From a virus (lineage: Duplodnaviria > Caudoviricetes), in the IMG/VR virus record IMGVR_UViG_3300020048_000106, positions 1 through 64,000 of that record: a stretch of 64,000 bases of DNA. One strand, given 5' to 3'. Made by a program: the position numbers and the translations under genes. Of this stretch, positions 17,480 through 27,272 are shown in pieces. How positions within the stretch are numbered: position 1 is the first letter of the stretch; each line of letters starts with the position of its first letter. A model generated the notes under the pieces. The model was given only the letters and a program-made list of their open reading frames with translations, ran no database searches and had not been told where the DNA came from.

Positions 17480-18441
17480 CTACCGAATTGGTTTTTGATG
17501 ACGGCTGGCGTGAAGCCCGGCACGACGGCATCGACTGCAAGAATCCGATGCTTCAGGTATTTGGCGACAGGAGTGGCGTATGGTTCGACCGGCTGGTCCG
17601 CGGCGAGCCGTTGCTGCCGAACTACCGATACCGCGTGCCGATCGAGCCGGCTGTGACAGACGACTGCGTCGGTGAATGCTTCGACTGTGGCGGTCCGATC
17701 AGCCGCGAGAAGGGGTGCCCGCCCTGCGACCTGCCGCCGTTGGTCGAGCCCGAGTGGTACTACCTCGTCCAGGGTGACATCATGTCGGCGAACGACGAAT
17801 ACGAACAATGGATCGGTTGGTGGCAGGATTCGACACATCCTGCTTCTTGGAGCCCTTCAACTGCTGACTCTGACTCCGTTGGCAAACCATTCGACCCGAA
17901 CCGCTTCGCGCCCCGCCGCCGCCGAGTAACCAAGCCGGAACCCGTCGAGCCGGTCACCGAAACGACCCCCGTCCAGAACGCCATGGCAACGCTAAGCGAG
18001 GCGATGTTCAAGGACAGCGACTACGCCTGGACGTGGCACTGTAACGTAGCCATGGCGGCCTGGGATGCTGGTGCGCCGATCTGCGAAGCCAACGAGCGTG
18101 CAGCCGACTTCATCAAGAATGCCTTTGGTGTTGACGTGCGGGCTCTTGATGAGTGGAAGAATATGCCCATGAAGATAGTTGACACCGTGCCACTGGTCGA
18201 GTCAAATACCGCGACCAATGACCCGGTCCACATCCCGGCACACTACACCCAAGGCCCGATCGAATGCGTCGACTGGGTTCGCCTCGCCCTGACAGACGAA
18301 GAGTACCGCGGCTGGTTGAAGGGCGACGCACTCGCCTACATCTTCCGCGAACGGCTGAAGGGAGGCGACCAAGACCTCGACAAAGCCAGCCGATACCTGA
18401 CATTCCACCATCGCCCCAAAGTCACTCCATCAACACCATGA
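17476..18441 (+). CDS. multidomain protein with C-terminal DUF3310-like domain
   Basis: NDPVHIPAHYTQGPIECVD..WLKGDALAY..DLDKASRYL; internal CFDC/CPPC. Confidence 0.7.
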   Translation: MTTELVFDDGWREARHDGIDCKNPMLQVFGDRSGVWFDRLVRGEPLLPNYRYRVPIEPAVTDDCVGECFDCGGPISREKGCPPCDLPPLVEPEWYYLVQGDIMSANDEYEQWIGWWQDSTHPASWSPSTADSDSVGKPFDPNRFAPRRRRVTKPEPVEPVTETTPVQNAMATLSEAMFKDSDYAWTWHCNVAMAAWDAGAPICEANERAADFIKNAFGVDVRALDEWKNMPMKIVDTVPLVESNTATNDPVHIPAHYTQGPIECVDWVRLALTDEEYRGWLKGDALAYIFRERLKGGDQDLDKASRYLTFHHRPKVTPSTP

Positions 18442-18758
18442 TCACAGAACGAGTCCACCTACTGAACGAAGACCGCAAAGCGATCGCTGCCGCCAAGATG
18501 GCCAAGCTCGACGCATTCGCCAGCACAAACGACACGTCCAAGATGACCCAGAAGTCGATCGCGGCTGCTACCGGCCTGACGCTTCACGCGGTCATTTACT
18601 GGCGAGAGCGGGACAAGTACACCGTCCCTCGCCCGGTTGCCGAAGCTGAGCCGCCCAAGCTCGGACCCAAGAAGGACAAGCTGTTCTTCGTCGACGGCAA
18701 TGATCTCTGCATCGTCAACCCACCCGCTCCAACCAAGATGAAGGCATGGACAGCATGA
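18438..18758 (+). CDS. HTH-like hypothetical protein
   Basis: ATG 18438; MTQKSIAAATGLTLHAVIYW. Confidence 0.55.
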   Translation: MITERVHLLNEDRKAIAAAKMAKLDAFASTNDTSKMTQKSIAAATGLTLHAVIYWRERDKYTVPRPVAEAEPPKLGPKKDKLFFVDGNDLCIVNPPAPTKMKAWTA

Positions 18759-19066
18759 CCAGCATTGACAAGCTCCGCGCCGACGCCATCGCAAGGCAGC
18801 GAGAAGCCCTTTGGGCCATCGCCGAGACGAACCACATGAATAAGCAACTGCGGGACGCCTTGAATCTCATTGGCGAGCACGTCGCAAATTGCCTGCCGGC
18901 CGGTTACTCGATTGCGATTGCGTTGTCGTCCGACGAATGCGACCTGACACTGTTCGACCCAGACGGCAACGACATTGAACTCCCCACACTGGAACCCGAA
19001 GACAGTGCGGTCGATCAGGCGTGCCGTGAAGCCGCGGAGCACCTGGCCGGCGGATTGCAGCACTGA
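18755..19066 (+). CDS. hypothetical protein
   Basis: ATG 18755, coupled by a 4-nt overlap. Confidence 0.55.
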   Translation: MTSIDKLRADAIARQREALWAIAETNHMNKQLRDALNLIGEHVANCLPAGYSIAIALSSDECDLTLFDPDGNDIELPTLEPEDSAVDQACREAAEHLAGGLQH

Positions 19067-19103
19067 GACCGTACACAATATCCACAAAACCCCCGAGAGG
19101 CCC

Positions 19104-19397
19104 ATGGCAAAGAAAAAACCATCGCTCCTGGATAGCATTGCGACCATGAAAGCAGTCGCCCCAAAGCGTCCGCAGCCATGGTACAAACGTCTCCAAGAGT
19201 CAGATCCTAAGACGTACGATGAGCTTATCGAGGTCGCCCTGGACTTCAATGCAAAGGGCGTTGCTTATCAAAAGCTGGGCAGCCAGGTCGCGTTTCTGCG
19301 ATGCCTACAGTCGCAGGGAATTGCCACGAACGTGTCCCAATCATCGTTCGACAACTTCGTAAAGTGGGTGGGCGAGCATGGGAAAGAATCTGCTTAG
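19104..19397 (+). CDS. hypothetical protein
   Basis: ATG 19104 after GAGAGG; overlaps the start of the phosphoesterase gene. Confidence 0.55.
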   Translation: MAKKKPSLLDSIATMKAVAPKRPQPWYKRLQESDPKTYDELIEVALDFNAKGVAYQKLGSQVAFLRCLQSQGIATNVSQSSFDNFVKWVGEHGKESA

Positions 19398-20343
19398 CAG
19401 GATTGCCAGCGGTGACACCGAGTCTGCCAAGATGAACGACCTGAAAAGTCGACTCGATGCCGCTAACCGGATCATCGAGGAGCAACAGGAACGGATCGAG
19501 AACCTGAGCAAGGCCAAGTTCTCCATCCCGACCCAGAAGAAATCCCGCCCCACCAAGGGCTGCTTTGTCCGCTTGATCGTCCCTGACACCCACGGGTCCA
19601 TGATCGATCCCAAAGCGGCCGCAGCCATGTTTGCGGACATCCCCGAGCTGAAGCCGAAAGAGATCGTCCACCTTGGCGATGCGATCGACTGTGGCGGGTT
19701 CCTCGCGCAGCACCACGTCTGGGGCTACGTCGCCGAAGCGGAGTACACCTTTGAGCAAGACGTCGCCGCGGCCAACGTGTTCTTCGACAAACTGCAGTCG
19801 CTCGCGCCGCAAGCCACCATCCACTACCTCGAGGGCAACCACGACCGCCGGATCGAGACGTGGTGTGTCACCCAAGCCCTCCGCAGCAAGATCGACGCGG
19901 CCTACCTCAAGCGGATGTTTGGGGTTGCAACGCAACTGAACATCGCCAAGCGTGGCATCCACCACTGGGAGCAAGGGAAGCGGTACATGGACTGCCGCAT
20001 CCCTGCCACGATCCGGCTGGGCAACTGCTTTTTCACGCACGGCACGAAGCACGGCAAGAACGCCGCCTCCGCCATGCTCTCTCGGTTCGCCGGCAACGTG
20101 GTCTTCGGGCACGTACACAAGCTGCTCTCCGCCTCGGATCGGACAGTGAAGGACGGCGAGATCGGGGCCTGGTGCCCGGGCTCGCTTTGCTTCGAGCAAC
20201 CGCTCTGGCGACACTCGGATCCGACCGACTGGTGCCAGGGCTACGGCGTACAGCTCGTGCGCCCGTCCGGTGACTTCCTCCACATCAACGTCCCGATCAT
20301 CGACGGGAAGAGCTACCTCATGCAACTACTGGGATCGCGATGA
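19378..20343 (+). CDS. calcineurin-like metallophosphoesterase
   Basis: PDTHG, LGDAID, EGNHD, FTHG and FGHVH motifs; N-terminal coiled coil. Confidence 0.85.
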   Translation: MGKNLLSRIASGDTESAKMNDLKSRLDAANRIIEEQQERIENLSKAKFSIPTQKKSRPTKGCFVRLIVPDTHGSMIDPKAAAAMFADIPELKPKEIVHLGDAIDCGGFLAQHHVWGYVAEAEYTFEQDVAAANVFFDKLQSLAPQATIHYLEGNHDRRIETWCVTQALRSKIDAAYLKRMFGVATQLNIAKRGIHHWEQGKRYMDCRIPATIRLGNCFFTHGTKHGKNAASAMLSRFAGNVVFGHVHKLLSASDRTVKDGEIGAWCPGSLCFEQPLWRHSDPTDWCQGYGVQLVRPSGDFLHINVPIIDGKSYLMQLLGSR

Positions 20344-20777
20344 CCAATGAACACGCAATCTCCGTCATCCATCTGCTGCTCGCCGGACTGTGGGCGATCG
20401 TCGCCTACGTGAGCGGCTTCCGGCGCGGCATGGTCTGCGGCTGGTGCGCCTGCGAGGAAGTCCCGCTGCAGATCAGCCGCGGAGAGTTTGAACAACCACC
20501 AACCAAGGAACCAGTTATGACCGACGGCCCTACCTATCTCGGACTGCACACAGACACCGAATACGACCTTGAATGCCAGTGCTGGCACAACACCAGCAAC
20601 GAGCCGGTTCGGTTCTTCAACGCGGTCTTCGGCCCCCACGGACAGTGCCCACCAGGCGACTACTGGGTAACCGCAACCGCACCCGAGGAACAAGGGTTCT
20701 CGCTGTCGTTCACCAAGGATGAGTTCGAGAAGCGATTCAGGAAGATCGAAACACCAACCACGGAACCAACGACATGA
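20340..20777 (+). CDS. hypothetical protein with N-terminal TM segment
   Basis: 145 aa; possible in-frame internal start at ATG 20517 with AAGGA. Confidence 0.5.
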   Translation: MTNEHAISVIHLLLAGLWAIVAYVSGFRRGMVCGWCACEEVPLQISRGEFEQPPTKEPVMTDGPTYLGLHTDTEYDLECQCWHNTSNEPVRFFNAVFGPHGQCPPGDYWVTATAPEEQGFSLSFTKDEFEKRFRKIETPTTEPTT

Positions 20778-21235
20778 CCAAGCCTAAGCCAGAATACAGC
20801 GATCACAGCCAGTTCAAACTCCTGCAGATCATGCCGGCAGAGGGGACGCTCGCCATCTACAAGCGGGATGGCGAACCAGAGTTCGACGAGCCCGACGAAG
20901 CCGACTTATGGGCTGGCAAGCTCGACATGCTCGGGCTCGCTGTAGTCACTACCCGCCACTTTGCAACCACGTGGGATGAGGCTGGGAAGCCGACGCGACT
21001 CGAATACCAGAAAGACGTCGAAAACCGAGTCGTCGGCGTCTGCATGCGAGACGGCTTCTTCGACGTCTGCGAAACCGCCCGCAACTTCGTCTCCTACTTC
21101 AAGCCCAACCCAAGCACAAGTCCCGACGAACAGCGACTGGAAATCGCGGAATCGTTCTGCTGGAAGCCTGGCCAGCAGGTCACTGTCATGCTTCCCGACG
21201 ATGCCAGCCCCGTCCTCGTTACCTACCGAGAATAA
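20774..21235 (+). CDS. hypothetical protein
   Basis: 153 aa, coupled. Confidence 0.55.
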   Translation: MTKPKPEYSDHSQFKLLQIMPAEGTLAIYKRDGEPEFDEPDEADLWAGKLDMLGLAVVTTRHFATTWDEAGKPTRLEYQKDVENRVVGVCMRDGFFDVCETARNFVSYFKPNPSTSPDEQRLEIAESFCWKPGQQVTVMLPDDASPVLVTYRE

Positions 21236-21237
21236 CC

Positions 21238-21510
21238 ATGTCGAGCAACGAACGAGTCATCGGCGGAAACCGCCAAGTCCGACGGTTCGCCTACCTCCAC
21301 AAGAAGGATCACGATCGGTTCGGGATCCTTGAAGCGGTCTCCTATCGCGATGCCCGAGACTACCTGGGGAAAGGGTATTACTGCCGGACAACGTGGCTGA
21401 CGGACGACGAAGCCCGCAGCGCAGAGGACAGCGGCGAACGACGATGGGAAATCGTGTCGTCGGTCTTCCTGGACCCCAACGTAGCCTCATTCATCGGACA
21501 CAAGACGTGA
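21238..21510 (+). CDS. hypothetical protein
   Basis: 90 aa. Confidence 0.5.
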   Translation: MSSNERVIGGNRQVRRFAYLHKKDHDRFGILEAVSYRDARDYLGKGYYCRTTWLTDDEARSAEDSGERRWEIVSSVFLDPNVASFIGHKT

Positions 21511-21749
21511 GCGACCTATCAACGTGCGAGTTCTCCGTTCGGTTCGAGATCGATGGCCACAAAGTCTCGATGTCATCCGCTACGTCGCACCATCCCAATG
21601 AAGCAGGCAAGGCAGACAAGGGGTTCATCTTCGGCAACCTGCTCGTCGAGGTCGCCGGAAGACTCGAGGACAGCCTAACCCCCGACGAATGGCAGTCGTT
21701 CCTGCTAAGCGTCAGCCAACTGAACGAAGACCGCGACAACAGGTGCTAA
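21507..21749 (+). CDS. hypothetical protein
   Basis: GTG 21507 overlapping the previous stop. Confidence 0.45.
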   Translation: MSDLSTCEFSVRFEIDGHKVSMSSATSHHPNEAGKADKGFIFGNLLVEVAGRLEDSLTPDEWQSFLLSVSQLNEDRDNRC

Positions 21750-21751
21750 CT

Positions 21752-21943
21752 GTGAACGAAAAAGAAACCGCGTCGCGGGTGACGTACAGCCGCGCGGACG
21801 TAACCGACGAATGGGCGTACGACACCACCAACCACGTCCAGTGGCCCGAAACCGAGCCGCCCAAGAACCGCAAAGCCCGATTGGCCGAAAAGTCGCTCAA
21901 ACGGAAGCTGAAGAAACGACTGCAGCAAAAGGCCAAAGGTTGA
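21752..21943 (+). CDS. small basic protein
   Basis: GTG 21752; K/R-rich C-terminus. Confidence 0.4.
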   Translation: MNEKETASRVTYSRADVTDEWAYDTTNHVQWPETEPPKNRKARLAEKSLKRKLKKRLQQKAKG

Positions 21944-22035
21944 CACAGTGCCAACAACCCATGCTCGACCTCGACTGAACCCCGTACAGACCCGGTCAAC
22001 CCCCCCGCACGGGTCGACATGCAAAAACAAACGGC

Positions 22036-22059
22036 AAATGTCTCGTCGCCGAGACATTT
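22036..22059. repeat. palindrome copy 1, AAATGTCTCG-TCGC-CGAGACATTT
   Basis: Perfect 10-bp arms; 22-bp core identical to the copies at 39080 and 60948. Confidence 0.9.
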
Positions 22060-22804
22060 TCAGCCTGCCACACTTCGCCAACTTACCGAACTTCACTCGA
22101 ACAGTCCGGAAATCCTGGTTAGTTGCCGTTTTGGCCAGTTTCAAGACCCCAAAACCGTAAAAAATAAAACCTCAATTTTGTGGATTACGACGTGCGGGAT
22201 ATTTACTGTATGGAACCCGGCGCGGCGGGGCTGGCGGATAACTTTTGGCGGTCGTTGGGGCCCCCTTTCGTTGTTGTGCGGTCGATCGTCATCGTCCATC
22301 GAGCGTCTTCGGCCGTGGTGGCTGTCAGCTTGGCACACTTACCATCGTTGTCATGCCTTGCCCCCCTCCATGGTCGCTGTGTGCTGCGCAAAATCCTGCC
22401 GATTCCCTATGGATTGGGTAGGATCTTGCGCGCGTGGTCGTCAAGGCCCTGCTCGTGGCGTGTGTGCGTGGTGCTCGTGGCCTAGTGTGTGTGCCCTCGT
22501 GCCCTCGATGCGTGTGTGTGTGTGCGTGGTGTAGGCGGAAAGCCGATGCGGTGATCGGGTCGTCTCCCCGACCATGGTCAAGCGCACCCCCACCCTGTCC
22601 CCCTTCCACCTGCAACCGTGATCGTCTTGTTGTTCGGCTTCTTGGCGGCCGTGGTGATCGCTTCGGGCTCGTTGTGGCGGATGTCAGCGGCGCTGGGGAT
22701 CGGCTTGGCGGTGGCCAGTCTTGGCGGTTGTGCGGCAGTTTGCGGGGCGTGATCGGTATCGGTGTCGGCCGAGGGCGTGGGCGAAAATAGGTCTGTTGTC
22801 CAGC

Positions 22805-22846
22805 TGGGGATCGGTGTAGCGGCCGTGGGGATCGGTGTAGCGGCCG
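22805..22846. repeat. 21-bp tandem direct repeat, two copies
   Basis: TGGGGATCGGTGTAGCGGCCG twice in tandem. Confidence 0.9.
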
Positions 22847-22973
22847 ACAATCCGACTATTTTCATCGGATTGCGTCAACGCTGTGTTGACTATTGGCGGT
22901 TGGAAGCCGAAGATATGGGTGCTGGATACCCCAGCGGTTGAAACGCTCTCTATCTCCCTTCCACCCAAGGAAC

Positions 22974-23249
22974 ATGACAATGGATAAGAACGAACTGAAG
23001 GCTTCCGTTTACGCGATTCTCGGTACTCTCGTCGAGGTCGGTGGCTCATCCCCAGCGTCTCACCTGTATTTGTGTGTCGGTGGTGATATGCAAAATTGGG
23101 AGCTAGTGCGGGGCGTGCTGCTCAATGCCGGGCTGGTGACGATCGCTCCGTCGCATCTGGTTAGCTTGACCGCTCGTGGTCAAGAGTTGGGCGAAGCGAT
23201 CAACAAGGCTATGGCGGATGTCGTGGCTGAGCGGTCGGCAGCTGTTTGA
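22974..23249 (+). CDS. small winged-helix-like early protein
   Basis: ATG 22974/22980 after AAGGA; first gene of the early region. Confidence 0.55.
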   Translation: MTMDKNELKASVYAILGTLVEVGGSSPASHLYLCVGGDMQNWELVRGVLLNAGLVTIAPSHLVSLTARGQELGEAINKAMADVVAERSAAV

Positions 23250-23290
23250 CGGTTGACTCGGTGTTCTCTCTCTCCCTTCACACAAGGAAC

Positions 23291-23701
23291 ATGACAATGG
23301 TTACTGTACTCTCCCCGAAATGCCCGAAGGAATCGCCGTGGGGCGCGGTTGACAATCCCCCCACCGAATTGCTTCCGGGCATGTTTAGCGTCTCGACGCC
23401 GGGTCATGGCGGGATCTGGTTGGCCCCTGATCTCGCCAAGGTGGCCGAGGCTGTTATGGGCTCGATCATGCCTGATTGGCGGCCGTTCACTCGGTCGTGG
23501 TCGTGGCTTGAGGAAGATTGCGACTGGGTGGTTGCTGCCCTCACCTTCCCCGGCGGGTTTCGTCCTGATGCGGTCGCCTATGCGATGCGAGCGGTTTCGC
23601 AGTCTGGGTATTTGTCGGCCGATCCTGAATTGTTGGCGGCGTTCTGGTTGGCCCCTGCCGGCCTGGCGGTGATCGCCCGTGCGAACGACTTGGTTGTCTG
23701 A
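23291..23701 (+). CDS. DUF7007-like protein
   Basis: SVSTPGHGGIWL and WLEEDCDW motifs. Confidence 0.65.
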   Translation: MTMVTVLSPKCPKESPWGAVDNPPTELLPGMFSVSTPGHGGIWLAPDLAKVAEAVMGSIMPDWRPFTRSWSWLEEDCDWVVAALTFPGGFRPDAVAYAMRAVSQSGYLSADPELLAAFWLAPAGLAVIARANDLVV

Positions 23702-23794
23702 TCGTCCGGTTCGAGCGCGAGGGGGGTGCTAGTTGGCCCCCTGAGCGCCCGGATCGTCCGGTTCTGTCCTGTCTCTTGAAACACAAGGAATTGA

Positions 23795-24265
23795 ATGATG
23801 GCTGCAACGAAACGAGTTTACCGAACGCCAATTGGCCAGTGGTCGTACGTACGCGAGTCGGCCGGGGCGCCGCGAGTGGCTACCCGCATCACCGACACTT
23901 GGTTGGCGCGTGAAGCGACTAAATCACACTTCGCGGCCCTGCCTAACACAAAGCAGGAACGGTTCTGTGTGTTGACCCTCGACACAAAGGGGCATCCGCT
24001 GGAGTGGTACGTAGTGCATGTGGGTACGCTCTCTAGCTGTCATGCTCAGCCGGCCGACATCTTTCGACCCGCAATCCTCGACGGGGCCGCGAGTATCATC
24101 CTCGCCCATAACCACCCCAGTGGCGACCCGACCCCAAGCAGTGAAGATAAGCAGGTCACCGACCGGATGACGGATCTCGGCCGAATGATGGGGATCCAGA
24201 TTCTTGACCATATCGTCTATGGCGATGGCACGGGGCTGACGATCTCTATTCGCGATGCGTCCTAG
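23795..24265 (+). CDS. JAB/MPN (RadC-like) domain protein
   Basis: QERFCVLTLD, HNHPSGDPTPSSED, ILDHIV. Confidence 0.9.
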   Translation: MMAATKRVYRTPIGQWSYVRESAGAPRVATRITDTWLAREATKSHFAALPNTKQERFCVLTLDTKGHPLEWYVVHVGTLSSCHAQPADIFRPAILDGAASIILAHNHPSGDPTPSSEDKQVTDRMTDLGRMMGIQILDHIVYGDGTGLTISIRDAS

Positions 24266-24311
24266 AGGCGACACTGTGTCCCCTTCCACCCTCGAAACAC
24301 GAGAACAACGA

Positions 24312-25040
24312 ATGCCCAAGAAATACCCGATGTACCTGCCGCTCTCGCGTGGCAACTCGAAACTAGGCGAAGACGGGATCTGGCAATGGGGATTGCCGGC
24401 CGTCGCTACGTGCCCCGGCCGGTCGCCTGAATGCGTTCTGGCTTGTTACGCGCTGAAGCACCGATATCGCTTCCCCAACGTACAAACGCGATTGGAGGCC
24501 AACATGGCGGCGCGGTTGCATCTGCAAGACTGGATCGCGAGCGTAACGGCTCAGATTGCGATGCACCGAATCAAGGCTGTCCGTATTCACACCAGCGGGG
24601 ATTTTGATAGCGCGGCTTATGTCGATGCTTGGCGGGCGATTGCGAAGGCCCGGCCGAAAACCCGGTTCTACGCCTATTCGCGTTCGTGGTCGGTCGATGA
24701 TCTCGCGATGCGATCATCCTTGCGAGCGTTCGCGCGGCTGAAGAATGCGCAGCTATGGTTGAGTTTTGATCGCTCCATGGAAACCCCTCCGCGATGGGCT
24801 GATTGCAAACGGGCGTACATGGCGGTGGATGATACCGACATTCCGGCCAAAGGATCGGCCGATATGGTCTTTCGCGTGAGACGCAAGACAAAAGCGGTTC
24901 GGATCGGCGGGATTGTCGTTTGCCCGGCCGAGCGCGAACGGGCCGCGAAAGCGACGTGCGAAACCTGCCGACTGTGCATCGATCGGACTGATTGGGTAGA
25001 TCGGGCGAACGCAAAGCCGAATGCCCTGCCGGTTGTGTAG
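24312..25040 (+). CDS. GP88-like Fe-S/radical-SAM-related protein
   Basis: GNSKLG, TCPG..C...CYA, RIHTSGDF, YAYSRSW, CPAE..CETCRLC. Confidence 0.75.
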   Translation: MPKKYPMYLPLSRGNSKLGEDGIWQWGLPAVATCPGRSPECVLACYALKHRYRFPNVQTRLEANMAARLHLQDWIASVTAQIAMHRIKAVRIHTSGDFDSAAYVDAWRAIAKARPKTRFYAYSRSWSVDDLAMRSSLRAFARLKNAQLWLSFDRSMETPPRWADCKRAYMAVDDTDIPAKGSADMVFRVRRKTKAVRIGGIVVCPAERERAAKATCETCRLCIDRTDWVDRANAKPNALPVV

Positions 25041-25134
25041 CGTGCCATGGCGCGGTTCGCCCGGCCGTGATTCGTCGCGGCCGGTCCTACCCTGCTATGT
25101 CGCGGGAATTAACACAAGCCCTGGAGTAAGCCAA

Positions 25135-25497
25135 ATGGACGTTGTGTCGCGGGAATCATTCAAAAGCCTTGGAGTAGATCAAATGATCGTTATGTCGCCA
25201 GAAGTGAGAATCGTGCAGGTCGAATTGGTTAGCGAGGTCAAGGACATCGGCGCCGGCATGGCGAAGTTGCTTCCGGCCTCCGCGAGGTTTCGCTATTCGG
25301 TGGAAGTGCATTACGTACTCGAAACCGGGGAACGGGTTGGGACCGAAATCCGTGGGCTGACCCGTCCGAAACTCGCCCAGCGGGTTGAATCGACCAAGAG
25401 CAACATCGAACGCGGTGGGATGTTTGCCCAACAATTCGACCACGGGGCTGGCCCCTATTGGTCGTTTGTGACGAAGTACACAATCGGATTGCGATAA
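25135..25497 (+). CDS. hypothetical early protein
   Basis: ATG 25135 after GGAG. Confidence 0.55.
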   Translation: MDVVSRESFKSLGVDQMIVMSPEVRIVQVELVSEVKDIGAGMAKLLPASARFRYSVEVHYVLETGERVGTEIRGLTRPKLAQRVESTKSNIERGGMFAQQFDHGAGPYWSFVTKYTIGLR

Positions 25498-25531
25498 CCA
25501 CCCACCCCCTCGAAACACGAGAGACCGAACA

Positions 25532-25873
25532 ATGAAAATCAATAGCTTCAAAGTAACGATCAACAATTTCGACAATCAAGCCATGGCGGACGATCCGATC
25601 GGCGAGGTTGCCCGCATCCTAACCGAGTTGGTTGAGGGAATCGAGCATAACGGCCTGTACGAGTACGACGGGGATGACCTGCGCGACATCAACGGAAACC
25701 GTGTCGGCAACGTCGATTGCGACTATGGCGACATCACCGACGACGATGAATTGGTCGAAGTGTGCCCCGAATGTGACCATACGCAAGAGAGCGATGGCGA
25801 CGGCGGTAACGAGTGCCCGGTTTGCTTCGCGGAAGGCCTGTCTATTGTGATGGTGGTCGGTTATTCGGAATAA
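25532..25873 (+). CDS. acidic early protein with Zn ribbon
   Basis: DLRDINGNRVG; CPEC..CPVC. Confidence 0.6.
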   Translation: MKINSFKVTINNFDNQAMADDPIGEVARILTELVEGIEHNGLYEYDGDDLRDINGNRVGNVDCDYGDITDDDELVEVCPECDHTQESDGDGGNECPVCFAEGLSIVMVVGYSE

Positions 25874-25973
25874 CCGAAACCGGTTCGAACGCGGAGCCCG
25901 GCGCGATGGCGCGCCCGGCCGAGCGCCCGGACCGTCCGGTAACTGAAAGAGACTCTAACCCGAGGAAACGACA

Positions 25974-26894
25974 ATGAGCGTTGCGAAAGAAATGGCGGCC
26001 GAATACCCGGTCGCGAGCGATCTGATGACCGTGCTAGATGCGGGTGGCTTCCCCAAGGACCAAGACTGGGACGCGGGGACAACTACCTGGACACTTGATG
26101 ACGGATCGACGCTGACGGTTTGCGGCAATGACGTGACGATCGACGAATCGGACGTCGAACGGGCCGTCACTCCGATTGAGATCACGAGCGTATCGCAAGC
26201 CGAGATCGACAGCGACGGCTACGCGAATTACGAGGTTACGTTCAAAATCGGCGAACACGAGCGAACCGTGGAAGGCTATTGCCTCTGCGGCTGGTTGAAG
26301 CCCGGCGCGAGCGGTGATCTGGACGGCAGCGGATTGGCCCTGTGGGGCGATGCCCAGCCCGGTGGCTGGTCCGTTTGCGATGGCGACAGCCAGGGCGGGC
26401 GATTGCGGGTAAACGGCTGCGGTAGCGGCTGCGGCTCGAACATCCAAATCAGCAACGGCGTGGGTGGGAGCGCTATCAATATCGAGCCGTGGATGGTCCC
26501 TGAGTGGTACGAGTCGGTGATGTCCGCCCATTCGCTAGAGAAGGATGACGACCTCACGGCTTTCGACATCGCGGCCGAGATCGCCGAGGCGGTTCGCAAC
26601 GGGATCATCGAGCGGTTGGAGTCGCTTTGCCGGGATTACAAGGTCGATTGCCCCGAGCCGGATGCGTCCGAGGTTTACGAGTATCTGGACGATCTGGACG
26701 GACTGAGCGGAATCGCGGTCAAGGTCGGTGAGTACAAGGGATGCGGGGCCGTGGTCGCGTGGATCGACGATGATGGGTACGGTTTCGATTGGTGGCCTAA
26801 CCCGCAATCGTTGTCGGATCGGCTGCTGGCATCGGTTCGCAAAGAGGTCGAGCAGTACCTAGCCCGCGAGATCGAGCGAATTTCGGAAAACTGA
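25974..26894 (+). CDS. acidic hypothetical early protein
   Basis: 306 aa; GAGGA SD. Confidence 0.65.
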   Translation: MSVAKEMAAEYPVASDLMTVLDAGGFPKDQDWDAGTTTWTLDDGSTLTVCGNDVTIDESDVERAVTPIEITSVSQAEIDSDGYANYEVTFKIGEHERTVEGYCLCGWLKPGASGDLDGSGLALWGDAQPGGWSVCDGDSQGGRLRVNGCGSGCGSNIQISNGVGGSAINIEPWMVPEWYESVMSAHSLEKDDDLTAFDIAAEIAEAVRNGIIERLESLCRDYKVDCPEPDASEVYEYLDDLDGLSGIAVKVGEYKGCGAVVAWIDDDGYGFDWWPNPQSLSDRLLASVRKEVEQYLAREIERISEN

Positions 26895-26989
26895 AAACCG
26901 GCTCGCACGTAGAGCCCGGCGCGTCCCCTCGCGCCGGGTGAACGTCTGCGCCGTTGCAGTTTTGAACCGTCTCACACAAGGAACCGACA

Positions 26990-27226
26990 ATGCCCAAAAA
27001 GACAATGGCCCCCCCGAAGCTGACCGCCGAGCAAATTGAATCGATTCTGAATCGCGTTGTTCCGCTGATCGCTGCGCCCGAGGATCAAGAGTTTTTCCGT
27101 GGCGTGCTGCGGATCAAGGCCGAGGAACTGAGCGCCGCCCGGTTTGCTGAACTGATGGCGCGGATCATCGCCAAAGCCAGGGAGAAGAACGCCCTTCCGG
27201 TTGACACGGTGCCGCCCGTTGCCTAG
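26990..27226 (+). CDS. hypothetical early protein
   Basis: 78 aa; AAGGA SD. Confidence 0.55.
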   Translation: MPKKTMAPPKLTAEQIESILNRVVPLIAAPEDQEFFRGVLRIKAEELSAARFAELMARIIAKAREKNALPVDTVPPVA

Positions 27227-27272
27227 TCTTTAGTTGACACCTACCCGAAACTCGAAACCCGAGGAAACGACC

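Noticed and set aside
22805-22846. Short repeats as a CRISPR array
   Set aside because: Only two abutting copies, no spacers, no cas genes; no CRISPR-like array was seen in the window.
22325-22865. Minus-strand ORFs 22325..22615 and 22578..22865
   Set aside because: Low-complexity translations explained by TG runs, the tandem repeat and strand skew.
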